A DNA stretch of 64,000 nucleotides, from positions 11,532,001 through 11,596,000 of the forward strand of contig OU015566.1 in assembly GCA_907165135.1 (NCBI GenBank), given 5' to 3'. Below are positions 1 through 15,729 of the stretch, one piece after another; the first letter of the stretch is position 1, and the number at the start of each line of letters is the position of its first letter. The notes beneath the pieces are model-generated. The model saw only the letters and a list, made by a program, of their open reading frames with translations. It was not told the DNA's origin and searched no databases. Made by a program: the position numbers and the translations under genes. Origin of the DNA: Oikopleura dioica (Eukaryota; Animalia; Chordata).

Positions 1-632
1 CAAGCTCCGAGTTATTCAAGGCTCAATTTGAGGAAATCGAAGATAGTACCCTTAATCCTAAGTTATTTAAGAGTAGTTTTAAAGGTTCTGTGTCATAATC
101 TTTGGCACACGTGGTGGGGAAGGGTTAATTGAGTGGATGTCTTCCGACCATATTGACTATCACCAAAGTTTTTCGAAAGACTATTTTTCAAAGATGCAGA
201 TTTCTGAATGTACAGTTGTTTCTTATTTTGTTCTTCTGATGTTATTTGATTATGAGTCAAAGTTTATGATCGACCATCATTAATGCTTCAACTACCGGTC
301 CGGTAGTACCGGAACTTAATTCTGCAAGAAAATTAAAATAATTCATTATCATAATTGTTCTTCTTTTTCACCCGTTGTCAAGGAAAGAAAAGAACTTTCG
401 TTTTTCTTTTGAGGTGGCGCTCTTCAACCAAGGGAAGTAAACTTTAAACTCTGCGAATTACTCCGCAAATAATAAAAAGTGACTTTCGCAAATAAAAAAA
501 GACTTCAAGTGACGGACTTACTTACAGTATTCGCTCAACGACATACATCCGATCATTCACATAGAAAGAATAATCTACCATTATAAAGCTTCAAAGTTCT
601 AAATAAAATTGATATAAATCCTTATTCCTGAG

Positions 633-1570
633 TTAATTCCGAGCTTCATCCAAAAGTCTTTCCTTATCACTAGTTTTGAAGATCATGAAATAATGTTTTT
701 TCAAGTGTGAGCCAACGCTCTGAAACAGGATTATCGCACCATTCTCATCACGACCTGTAAGCAGCAACCTTATTTTTCTTCCAGAGAAATCGACATGGGG
801 CGAATTCTTCAGAACGGACGTAAATTTTTCTTGTTCTTTAAATTCTATCATTATTGAATTTTTGAAGGAATTGATTTATTGGTGCTGGCATGTGAAGATG
901 CAGGGGCTTACTTTCGAATTATCAAGGATATGTTCACCGTAGGAACGGATTTAGAGATCAGAAAAGACACTTTCGGAAAGATCTGAAAAATCTGCGAAAA
1001 GAGCTTCAGGATATTCCTCAATGGTGCAAATTTGACTTTCACGTTCGCGGCTACCCAATTGATCCTGACAATTTTCCCTTTCAGCGGCGCACCAAACGTC
1101 GAATTCGAAGGAAGCGGTCTTCCTTGATTTCGGCCTTTGTCCATTTCAATTTTCGGTAATTTCCCACTTATGAAAATCGCGCAGATAGAGCAAAAACAAA
1201 GCTGCTGTTGGTGACGGAAGAAATGCTCGAGCTAGCAGAAGATGATGAAGAATTTGTTGGAGATCTTTCGGAATTGCTCGAGCGAGGGCACTTGGTGGCG
1301 ATGAACGACAATCTTCCTGTCGCTGAGTTTGAAAGATTGGTTTCTTCATTGGTCAAGTTCAAAAAAACACTCAGTGTGGAGAATCATTGTTTTTCGCAGT
1401 TTCCAGTTCGATTGTTCCCAGTTTATTCCGCTACTCAGCGCGGAATCACTCGTGCGGCTGGGAGGCGCTAGAACAATTTTTCTTCGGAAGTCATAGTTGT
1501 AAACATTATTTATTAAATCACCGTGTAATTTTAAGAAAACCGTTACGAGGCGGGTTTGGTGCTCTCCCAT
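633..1570 (-). CDS. Possible spliced gene, product unknown
   Basis: Protein-like minus-strand ORFs (908-1144 ending at a GTAAG donor-like site; 633-851). No recognisable domain, and a competing plus-strand ORF exists at 1208-1471. Confidence 0.25.
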
Positions 1571-1763
1571 CTAGGTTCCTACCCCGGTGACCTTTCAATT
1601 TAGTCTAAATGTCACAAATTCAAGATATCGGGGCTGCCCACTTTCAAATTGAATGAAATCTTGAACTTTGAAATAGGGAAAGCGCGCAAAAGACATCAAG
1701 AAGCTGGAAACGAATGAAGTAAGCAAGCTTTTCGCAGGAACCATAAATCTACTTGCGAAGCCA

Positions 1764-3069
1764 ATGTATCAAATACAAGAGTTTCTACCTTTCCCGCAGA
1801 ATATTTCAGCTGCTGATCCGGGCGAAATCTGCTTGCTCGCAGAGGATGAGCTGGATCCGTATCAAGATTACATGGTCAACTTCAAACAAGGGGAGCTGGA
1901 AATTGATTCGATTGGGGACATGATCAGTAAGCAAAGTATCACTTTGCCGATTCCCCTTGGCTTGGGGCCTGGAGAAGTTGAAATCAGAATCTACCCGGTC
2001 AAATACGGAAGGCGCCTGTCTGAACTTGTCGGAAAATCGGTCATTTATCTGGAAGAGTCGGAATTGGACAAATCCACAATTGAGACATTTTTGTTCAAGA
2101 AATTTAAACGACCGCTGGATGAATTGATCAACAACACTCTCTGCTCACTTCTTTGCGAAAATGAAGATAGAAGCTTTCAAAATTTCTGCGAAGAAAAACA
2201 GTTGAAAGAAAGCTTGGAAACGATAAGATGCTTTGATTCGATCAGAAAAAGAACGTACGAGAATGAAGAACCCCCAAGAAAAAGGCTCAAGGAAGTAAAA
2301 CAATCAAAAGCGCAAGAAACGCAAACACAGCTCGAGTTTCAGTCGATCGAAGTGCAAACTGACCCAATTACAGTGACTTCTGAAGAAAACGGCAAACCTA
2401 GAACTCCGGAGCCCGAAGCTAAGGTTGAAGTGCCAAAGAAAAAGGAAGAAATTGTTCAAGAAAAACCGAAAAACACGAAGCTCGAAGAACGGCTAAAGGA
2501 ACAGGAGCGCAAAAGAAAGATTGAACAGTCGGTGAAAAACATTCAGGCAGAATCTGCGCCGAAAATTGCCGCAAAGAAGGTTCTAGCACCCTCGATTGGT
2601 AAAAAAAAAATAAAATATCATGATCATCATGAAGATTTTCAGACGCGAAATCTACTCTTCCGAAACCAACACCTCCAAAGCCGATAGTTGAAACAAAACC
2701 TATCGAAAAAATTGAACCAAAGAAGGATGCGAAGCAAGAGCTTTTGAATCCAAAATTCGACTTTCAGACGTTTGCTGATGAAGATGACAAGTGGATGAAA
2801 AGACAACAGCGAATAAACGAGCGGCAGAATATCGTCAAATCGGCCACTGGAAAAGTCAAAAAAGGCTCAGGTTTTGAAATGATATTTTTGTGATTCAAAA
2901 CTCTTTAGGATTCCGATATGACAAGAAAAAAGGCTACGACCGGTACTTTTCCAGTTCCGAAGAAGAAACAGAAACGGAAGAAGAAGACGAAGATTACGAA
3001 AACGACGGCTGCGACGATCTTTTCAATCCTCAATTCTCTTCAACTTCCTTTAGCGTCTATTCATTTTGA
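1764..3069 (+). CDS. Hypothetical protein: N-terminal beta-rich (TIG/DBB-like?) region plus charged low-complexity C-terminus
   Basis: 307-aa ORF continues in frame across two short GT-AG introns (~2600-2642, ~2870-2908) to TGA at 3067-3069. AATAAA at ~3075. Confidence 0.7.
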
Positions 3070-3196
3070 AAACGAATAAAAATTAGGACTCGCTTGAACA
3101 ATGGCTCTTTTCAGATAATTTTTCCTTTTTTACGCGTTTTACGAGCGTTTTCTATAATAAGAAAAATGAAAATCTGACAATTATGCTTCATCTGAA

Positions 3197-5839
3197 ATGA
3201 AAAAACTTTTGATTATATTTTTCTTCTTTACGAATGCAGAGGAAAACGTACATGTATGCGGTGGCGAAGAAGGCCTTGATGAAAAAAGTGATTTTCGGGA
3301 AAAAATTAAAAATGAAAAGGATTCGAATCTTCAAGTAAGATTCGTTACAGATCAAGAAAATTGCTTTCGCTACGGGCAAACACAATGGATAGCAAGGTCT
3401 TGAAATAATTTAACAACAAGTAATAACGAGGGAATCTTGAGACCGATAAAGACATCAGAAAATCGCAGCTAGAAAGCTTCGACTCCTTCGAGTCTTTTTT
3501 CAATGGACTTTCTGTAGATTCGAGGGAGAAAATGATCGTAACGCAAGTGAAAAGCCTCTGCTTCTCGGAGACGAAGTTTCGCTTTCAACTCAGAAAAAAT
3601 TCTTCTGGCAGTATTTCTATCATTCCGCGATGCCACGAAGAAGGGCACTTTTATTCAATCGAACAGGGAGGCATCAGTAGCTCGACGAAAGCGATCATCA
3701 TCGTCTTTACCTCAATCTTTGGGATTCTATTGATCTTGATTTTGCTGATCTCGGATCGTTTCAGCCAATTTACGCCTAACGCCGCTAGAATTATTCAAGC
3801 GTTCGTTAGGGAAGGAATGTAAGTAGTTTTTTTGCCCTTTTTCGTGACTTTTTCAAGAAATGAGAGGGACAAAAACGGTCCAAAATTCTTCGACTTTCCT
3901 CGATCTGGCAAAAAAGCGGACTGGACAAAACTCGGAGATGGAAATTTTGGAGAAGTCACGCTCATCGACATGAGTAAAAAGCGAAGTCCTTATATTCTTT
4001 CTCGAGTTCAACGAATGGGCCTGTTAGAAACCGACTATGTTGGAAAGGTGGCTGCAAAAGTCTGCAAACTTGGAGATACGAGCTCAGAAAAGGCGAGACA
4101 GTATGGGAAGTTTTTGGAAGAAGCGGCTACTGTTGCCAAGTTCAATCATGAAAAAATCGTGAAACTCAGAGGTGAGATCTTTTTCAGAGATTTTTGAATG
4201 AGTTTTGAGGATTTATGCTCGACGATGACAATGTTGCAATTTACATCTGCTTCGAACTGATGAGCTGTGAGCTGATAGACTACGTTAGAAACAACCAGGA
4301 CCTTCCTGAGCAAGTTTTGCTGCGATTTGCGAAGGATATTACTGAGGAATGGTTACACACAACAAATAATAGATTTATTTCCAGTTTTCTATTTTCGATT
4401 CATCGGCGAAGGACCACATGAACTTTCCCTTCAGATTTCCGGAGGAGGGAGTCAATCTCGTCTTTGGAAAGATTCCAGACGGGTCGGTCGTTGATTCGCA
4501 TAATTTGGTCATTCGCCTTGAATTTTCGTAATGAAATGATGATTCTTATTAGGCATTACCTTGAGGACTAGCCATGAGGGGCTGGCAAAGTCAGTAGACT
4601 TGACAGTAGGTAGTTGATTGTCATCCTTTTGGATGTGGATTCCGAAGTTTTGGGACCCTCGGAGGGTGTAGCTGTAAGTTGTTAGCTGAAAAAGGGTTAG
4701 TCCTCGTTGATGTCAGATTTTTGTTACCATTCTTCGGGCAGCAGACATTTTCTTTGTCGATCGGAAGTTTTAACTTTTGTTTTTGAGATTCTAGCTCTGT
4801 TATGAATATTCATATCGATCAAGCGCTTATATAGCCCTTAGTTGTAATCTTTCATCATCTCCATTTACTTTCGCCTGGTGGCGCACGGTGCAAAGATGCA
4901 TCTCGAAGAAGCCAGGACAAGAAAAAAATCAATGTTCTTACCATATTTGGTCAGGAACATATGATGAGTAAGCGCACGCGCCAGAGTGCAAATAAAATTT
5001 AACAATTATTGTGGCGAAATGAATCGTAACGGAAAATTTTTAAAATGATGAAAATTCGACCTTTAACACTTCATCATAGAGTGCATTACTATAAATGTGT
5101 AACTGAAGAAAGGCCTGCATCTATCTTTCCAAAATCAACTTTGTCCATCGAGACATCGCTGCCCGGAACTGCCTCGTCTCGGAGAACGATCAGATCTGCA
5201 AACTCGCAGATTTCGGAATGGCTCATCAAATGGAAATGCACCCTGAGACTGGAAAATACATCTTCGAATCTGACAACAGAGGCGAAGCCCTTCCAATGGC
5301 CTGGACTGCTCCTGAGGCGAGCTTGAGCAAACATCCGAGGATCTATAATGAGAAGACGGATGTCTGGAGCTTTGGCGTAACTCTTTGGGAAATGTTCTCG
5401 AGGGGTGCCTGTAAGTTACTCTTCGAACTTAACAATTGGAAATCGACGATTTTAAGGTCCGAGAAGTACTTATATGGACCGATACGGGTCTCAATTCATG
5501 CCAGATTTCTTCGCAGTCAATGCAGCGTACATCTCACAAATCGCTCATCACCGAGCTGCTGGAAATTTCAATCAAATGAGGGCAGTGCAGAAACAACGAA
5601 TGTATCTCATAAGCGACTTTTGGACATGGCTCCTCAATACTGAATCAACAAACTTTCTTCCGCAGCGCAACATAACAAGAAACCTCCCGAATCGACCTCT
5701 ACCAGCAATTACAATCGAATCCGACGAAATCTATCAAATCATGGTCAACTGCTGGTCACATGACCCTAGCCAGAGATTTTCTTTCAAAAGAATCGAGCAA
5801 GAACTTTCTTTTCAACTTTACGATCATTCTTCTTATTAA
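3197..5839 (+). CDS. Receptor tyrosine kinase with short ectodomain (family unassigned)
   Basis: Hydrophobic N-terminus MKKLLIIFFFF and TM helix AIIIVFTSIFGILLILILLI. Kinase motifs: LGDGNFGEV, VAAK, HRDIAARN, DFG, WTAPE, DVWSFGV, CW..DP..R. Long intron 4347-5112 joins KDITE|ACIYLSKINFVHRD. Confidence 0.9.
4400..4748 (-). CDS. PDZ-only microprotein (87 aa) nested antisense in RTK intron
   Basis: Exons 4748-4728, 4685-4560 and 4516-4400 with GT-AG introns of 42 and 43 nt. Translation: MSAARRMLTTYSYTLRGSQNFGIHIQKDDNQLPTVKSTDFASPSWLVLKANDQIMRINDRPVWNLSKDEIDSLLRKSEGKVHVVLRR. It shows the PDZ pattern (NFGI loop, D.I..IN, terminal VHVVLRR). TATA-like TATATAAG upstream, AATAAA downstream. Confidence 0.85.
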
Positions 5840-5902
5840 AATTTATTTCTAAAAAACTGAAAACAAGCTGATTATAGTATTGGTATATTCGTTCTTCTGT
5901 AT

Positions 5903-6712
5903 CTAGCAGCCCATGCTATCGCTTCCACCAGCAATGGCTTGTCCGAGTCCACGGGGCCATTCGACCCCCTTTTGCATGAAATCCGTTATTTTATCACACC
6001 CTTATTCCGGTTTTTCAAAGACTTTCAGTTGAATAATTATTTATTTGATCAAAGTTCAAGCAGCAGCCTATCGGTCAATTAAAGTGCGAAATGCTTACTC
6101 GTAGTAAACAAAGTATCAGTTACGACGAAGTGCAGGTCAAATAATGAAAAATGGTAGTGATGGTGATCGGTTAATATCAAAGAAGGGATACAGTAGTTTG
6201 TCTAGAGGCCCATGCTGTCATCTCCCCCGGCAATGGCCTTGCCCAAGCCTCGAGGCCATTCCACCCCGTTTTGCATCAAGCTGGTTATCTTATCGCACCC
6301 TTAAAATCAATTCTAGCACAAAATTTCTTTGAAAAACCGAACCTGAACCGAGACAAGCAGCAAATGGAGAGACCATGATGTAGATTCCAGAGCAGAAGAA
6401 GGCGACTGGCCAGCCAACAAGGATCAAAATGAAGATGTTCACTGTCGTGGGATTTTATGTGTTTGAATATTATCGAGTTTGCTTATCTTTGGTCCACCTG
6501 TGGAATCAATAACGATAACAGTAATCTAACTTAGATACCGATTGCCTTGTTGATTCTAGGTCCGAGAGAAGGTATGACTGAATAGTAAGAAACTCTTTTT
6601 AAAACAAATATACTTCTCTAAGAAGAAAAATTTATATTCTTTAGTGTTTAATAAGCCTAAGGTAAGATAGTCTATTAAAATCCGCTCATATAGTCCAAAG
6701 AACGTTTCCCAT
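5903..6712 (-). CDS. Small hydrophobic membrane protein with two alternative duplicated last exons
   Basis: TM exon 6441-6343 (NIFILILVGWPVAFFCSGIYIMVSPFAACLGS) splices in phase to either 6299-6202 or 6000-5903. Proposed first exon 6712-6688 (MGNVLWTI) needs a GA donor and is less certain. Confidence 0.75.
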
Positions 6713-7048
6713 GACTCTCTTCCTTGATTTCGGTTTTTGCGAAAACTCTCAAAAATTGTCAAGCTCTTTTTGATCTGCTCTATTTCTTGTTCGTTGCAGA
6801 TATTTCTAACGGTAATGATTAACTAGCTGACTGAGCGTGCTTACTTAGCGACGGAACGAAACTAAACAATTCTCCACTTGAGTTTCCAGCTGAGCTTCAA
6901 ATAGTTTCCAAGTCATCTCTCAAAAATCAGTTCTTATCTTTAATTCAGTTTTTATTAAAATTTACAATGAGCAGATTGCCTTCAGTACAAAATATACAGA
7001 ATAACGATTTTTACAAAAATAAACTCTGTACATATAAATTAAGCAGCT

Positions 7049-9890
<2,842 letters not shown>

Positions 9891-12632
9891 CTTTGAAAAC
9901 TGGCTCCGCATCTGGGCTACGGATATGATAAGTCATGAAATCAAGGAAGAGTGTTCATATAAAATTCCATTACCGACATAGCCAGTCGTCTTTTCAATGT
10001 CTCTTTGTGATACTTTGTCTCTGTCCCATCCCACGAGTAGTACGTACTTGGAATCAAGCTCATAAAAATCAAGAATCTCCAAAAACCTTACCAAAAGTAA
10101 TTTTAGATATGAAACTTGTCCTTCCTATTTTAGGCTTAGCTTTGTTAGGATTCCAAGTGCTGATTCCAGGGCGCATTTTTATCTCTTTTTTTGAAAAGGG
10201 GCTGGCTGATGTACGCCCGGTGGACCCGTTACAGTGCCCAATTTCATGTTCAAGTTTTTTCAAAAGATTTTCCGCAAGTAAAAGGGCCTCGGCCGCCTCT
10301 ATTGTCCCTCTTCAGTATACAATTTTTTCACCATGCTCATCACTTCTTTTCAGAAATAAAAAGAAATGCGCTAATGATACCCAAGTATAAATAAATTTAC
10401 TCACATCAAGTTTTTTGTAGACGCCTTCTGTCGCCAAATAATCGGAAGAATCGAAAGTGTGTCTTTTCTTCTCCTGAAAGTAGCTCTATAAATACTATCA
10501 CTGAAGTTCTTCACTTAAAAAATAGGCAAGAGCATTAAACATCGATCTGGGCGGTGATTTATTACCGAAAAGGATAATGATTTTAGCTTTGAAGGGTATA
10601 CATGCTTGATCCGCTTTAATGAATTTACTGCCCCCTCCTGCAATATAATATTCGATCAATGCTGTATCTGGCTTGTGTAGCTGACATTTCCAAAAAATTA
10701 ATAAACCACCTGTACAATCAGCAGAAAAAGATACAGGGTTAAACGAGCATGTCACTTTCGATTAAAGACTCCCAAAAGACTCTTGAGAAATCATCATGCT
10801 TGGTTGACCCAAAGAGCAAGGTTTTCTTTTTGGATTAGACGTTTACAAGTTTGACTACAGTTTTCTTAATTTTAGTCTCATATTTGACAAAATTGATCGA
10901 ACAAATTATAATTGAAGCCTGAAAAATCTATATATTCCCAAGCCAACTTATTTAGTTTCAACGATAAATCAATTTTGTCCGTCTTTACTTTCTCAAATTA
11001 ACGCGCCCTAATCCCTTAATCCCAACACTATATAAACTTGTCCCACTCCTTTCTTTTTTCTTTTCCTTCAAATTTAATAACTAAGCAATCTATTCCTTCT
11101 CCCTATTTCTTTTTGCGTCACGCGCATAATATCTCAACATATTTGCAGTGGATAATTAGGGCTTCAGCGCATGTATTCCCTTTCCTTCCAACTTCTAAGT
11201 GACCCTCTCCATAATCGGTTTTTGCCCGATGGTTTCTCTGAATCCGAACATATGCTGGTGCTCTCTGTTTGATGATTCTGCCCCGAAATTTTGGAAAGAG
11301 AAAGTGAACCTTATTATTTAAAGTAAGTTTATGAGTATATAATGGTAATAGATTGAGGATGACTCCAGTCGCTCTCTCTCTCTGCGGAGCGAGTTTTCGG
11401 CAATCGCCGCCGGCGCATATTGATGGCGCGCGCAAGCCCCGCTACCGCCTTTTTTGCGCCTTGGGCACAGTATGCAAAGACATGTCATTTTTTAGAAATT
11501 GCACCTTACATGCAACCTTGATCAGAAGCGCCCCAGCGACAGGTGCAATTAGCCAGTGACAAGCTGATTTTCACTTGATAGATATAACATTGCATCGAAG
11601 CATACAACCTGGTAATGATTCTACGTCATTTTTGAGATTGATGGCGGGGAAAATTTTATCAGACAGCTTTGTTTTATTATTAAAAATGCCGACATACAAG
11701 ATTAATGATTTTGATACAGTTATTGTATACTGTATACAAAAATATTGATTTTTTGCGAAAACATGATGCACATTTTAAATAATGAACTAAAAAAACTGTA
11801 CCTCTAGCATTTCAATGAAGCTCTTTTTCTGATATTTTGATATATTGAGTAGCATTGCGGCCGTGAAAAAGTTCCTGCTAGCTTCATGAGATTCATTTTT
11901 CAGCCGAAAATTTGCCTCGTAATTAGTTTTTCTAAATTGATCCATCTTTCTCTAATTATTAACTTGCTGAGCTTTTTTGCTTTCTTGGAAGACAGAAGGC
12001 CCTAATATTATTACTGTCAACAGAATTCTCCTTTATCGATAAAACGTCCACTTTCTCAGAAGAATCGAAAAGAAATCAACGAAGAGAACGAAAAAAATTA
12101 CCTTATTTCGCGGCGCAAGACTGGGCAGAAGTTTTTCTTTTTGCGGCAAAATCTTGTTGCGGAATGTTGTTCTCTGGTTGGCCTTTTTCTGTGGTTCTCT
12201 TGAGTTCTTGAAGGTCCACCAGCTGGTTTCACTCCGATTCGCGATTTTGTTACGAGACTCTTTGAAACGTAAAGTAAAGAGTGTCTTTTATCAGGGTCAT
12301 TATTTATTCTGTAGATTTGCTTTTTCTTTATCGACAGAAAAAGAGGTTTCTGTCATTTTTTGAGTAATAAAGCTGATCTCTCTACATTAGTTCTATTTCG
12401 ACCCGTTATCGGTTTTTGCATAATTATACTTATTGCTATGGTTTGTCCATCTTTTTCAGAAGAGACACTGGCCACCGGTGCTCGAGTAACCCAAGACCCA
12501 ACGACAACTCCCCCATTGTTGCTTGCGAATGCACGTTCTTTTCCGCGGCTAGAGACACGACCAAAGAAGAAATTGGAACACAGACGAACTTTTATCTTTA
12601 GAACTATTTTCGTTGGCAATGAAAAGTATTTA

Positions 12633-15162
12633 TTACAGGAACTCATCAATCGAATAATTATACATAATGAAGTCAGGGTAGTAAATAGCGTAAAGTTGAA
12701 GGGCAATCTCGTTGCTGATCCCGTGTGCATTGAAGATTTCTTTGGGCGAAGCTTCGGTGTGATCGTCATAAGCTCCTGAAGAAAATGAAATAAGTTTTCA
12801 AAAGCTGGTGGATTTAAGATATTTGCGACGAGAGATTCAATACCTGGTAAATAAGTTATGTCGGTGAGATTTCTCTGGCGGAGGATGAAGGACGCATCGG
12901 CGGCTGAAGACTCTTGCTTGGTAACAAAATGATAGTTCATCGAGCATGGACTGCATGACCAATCATAGCTTGAAAATATTTTATATTCGTGGTTCTTTTG
13001 GAAGGCCTTACGATTGCCAGTGCTCATTGAAGTCTAAATCGGAGGCCACGTGAACGATGTATTTTAAAAATGCATTGAAAGAGACAAGATATCGAGTGTC
13101 TTCGACAGAATTTTCGTCCTCAAATGTTCGGATTCCAGGAACGTACTTTTTGTACGACCAAAACCCTTCGTAGTTGGAATCGAATTTTTGATGCCAAGCA
13201 GAGAAAAGTCTTTCTTTGGCTCTAAATCTAGATTACAGATTTTTCCAGCAGGTATTTGAAATACCGCCTTTCAGGGATACCCGTAACTGATCGCATCAGT
13301 AGCATGGTGGCGCCACCATTAGACAAAATTTTTGCATATGAGAATTTTCGCGGGTCTTACCACTATCAAAATTTTTATAAAATGACACTTTATTTTTGTC
13401 AATGTTTGAAATTGTGTGAAGAATAATTCAAAATCTGTGTCTAATAAACGATTCTTCGATGTAAAATCACAGTATGAATTTTGTTCTTTCTTTTTATCAT
13501 CGAGCCATTCCTAGAAAAAGGATGTCGAACATTAATCCATTTGAGATAATTATCATCATTGACTCTTCTCTCCAACCCTTCAAAAATGCAGTTGTTGATG
13601 TTCGAAGGATGCTCTTTTCGTAATTTCCTGAAGACATGGACATTATAGCGTGAGTGGTATCGTGGGAGCTCTTTGAAAACATTCGCTTGTGGAATGTCAT
13701 CTGCTGCAACATGAGGAACACGGTTTTCATCCACGTAATTCAAACTCGACAGGGCTTTTTGCCAGTTCGTCGTGCCGGTTTTTAGCGGGAAGCAGGGCAT
13801 CATTTTGAAGTTGTCCATCAAAAACATGTAGCGGTTTCGGAATTCTCCGACGGGAATCTTTCTTTCTGGCTCTTCAGCCATCCCCTTGAATTTTTCGTAT
13901 TCCGGATTTTCAGGATCTCCGACTGCTTGGTGCAGTTGATGCAATTGCCGAAGCTTGTCGGAGAATGAAAGGTTCGTTGTGGTGCGGATGGAGTTGAAAA
14001 GAGATTCAACAGAACACGCTCGACGGAGAATTAGTTTTCGGGAAGCCATTTCTTCGTACGAAGTCGGCTCTCGAGGCGGTGGAATCTCCATGTGATCAGA
14101 TAAAGGTTGCTCAACGACGAGATTCGCATGGAATTCAGGGCCGATGATATCCTCTGAGAAAAGTTAAACCCCTGTTTTATCGAAAAAATTACGCCCGTTG
14201 TTGGTTTCTCGAATGCCTGGGGCGTGTTGTTGACTTTAGCAAAAAAAAAAAAATTTTTTCGAGATTCTCTAGAATTGTTGTCGTTGTCAGGCCTTTTTTT
14301 CAATTTCTAAGTCAGTTGCGCTTTCAAGCAAAACTTGAAAGTCCGCGCGTCCAATCTTTCAACGTTAGTCAAATTAACGCGTTTTTCTTTTAGAAAGAAT
14401 TAACTTTTGCTTCAGCATTCCGCCGGAAGACGATTCTGGCATCGATTCCGTAATGGAATTGAATGCCATTCCCGCATTCCAGAAGGATTGGACGCGATCA
14501 ATGTTCTTCCCCGAGGAACGTGGGGTGTGATCCGTATTCCAAAAGGAAACGGTGCAAGAATAAATGATGCAAGTTGCATCATGCAACTGTGCAAAACTAA
14601 ATGATTGAACCTGTGCAAGAATAAATGACCTTTTTTTTACTGAAAAACTTCCAACCAACTCATCTTTTCTTCAATCGAAAGGATGAGTTTTGTCTCCATC
14701 GTTCTTTTTGCAGGCATGATCAACAAAAACCGCTCTAGAAAGGATAAATTCGTAGAGAGAGGGATTAACTTTTTCCTATAGCATGACAAATCTGTGGTAG
14801 ATCGTGGTCTAATAGTGCGGAATCAAGCCGGGAGAAAACGTCATCTTCTGAGTTTTCTTCGTCCAAAGAATTCTCTGATTCCTCGCTTTTACGGGTTTTT
14901 AGCTGGTCTTTCAAAAATTTCTCGTGAATGTCCATTTCAACCCTTTCCTTGGAGTTTCCGTAGTAGCGCTTGTGGTCGATACCGTCGTTGTTTCCTCCAC
15001 TCTTTCTGTCGCTTCTACTGTAGTTATCGACACACTCTCTTTTTCATCAGTAATTTCTTTTATTTCTTCCTCAACAAGTTTCTCCAACGCCAAGTTGTAA
15101 TACAAAAACACGAGCAGCAAGAAAATGAGCGCTACATAAAGCTTCTTCTCGTACAAAATCAT
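12633..15162 (-). CDS. Golgi carbohydrate sulfotransferase (Sulfotransfer_2; CHST8-14/HNK-1ST-like), type II membrane protein
   Basis: N-terminal TM (MILYEKKLYVALIFLLLVFLYY) and Thr-rich stem. 5'-PSB-like CFPLKTGTTNWQKAL, 3'-PB-like VRHPFSRLFSAW (spliced across 13510-13210), EHW..YDWSCSPCSMNYHFV, C-terminal QLYAIYYPDF. Stop TAA followed by AATAAA. Linkage of exons between 14.3 and 14.9 kb is uncertain. Confidence 0.85.
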
Positions 15163-15729
15163 CTTCTCACTTTCTCATCGCTTTTTCTCTACAATCCGGC
15201 GGCATAAAAACCACCCGGTGACTTTTTATTTATAAAGTAAATCTAAAAAAACTTGGAAGAGAAAAAATGGACCGCTTCGCCGCGGGGCACGGACCTTCGA
15301 AGAATGAATGTGATAAACCAGTGTTTAGCGAGCTGGTTGGCATCGTCCGGTTGGTCGCGGCTAATTAATGCGCACCATCAAAGCGTAAACAACGGCGGCT
15401 CTTGACCTTGGCGTACGGACAACGCGTTTTTCTCCGGTAAAAGTTTAAACGAAATCTTTGATGATAAGTACAAATCGTTTGTCCTATCTTACGGTACTGT
15501 TTATTGTTGAGCTAAAACGCCGCAGTCCTAGTTATCTGAATCTAGCAGGAAATAAACCCTTCCATCTGCTCCTGATAAGCAAAAATAAAGCATATCAACA
15601 GAGCCTGATTTATGTAAAGGACGAATTCTCTGTTATCTAAATCTGAACGAGCCTTATATAATCCAGAGAAAAATGAACAAGGCTCATTCGAGTTTGATAA
15701 AGGTTGAAAGACACCGAAAATTTATCAAA

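Noticed and set aside
11118-11435. ORF as a Helitron/PIF1 helicase remnant
   Set aside because: There is only a vague C-terminal resemblance and no helicase motifs.
12353-12779. 3' half of the 224-aa ORF 12353-13027 and the antisense 139-aa ORF 12360-12779 as genes
   Set aside because: The real sulfotransferase frame shifts at an intron and stops at 12633. The remainder is read-through into UTR or flank.
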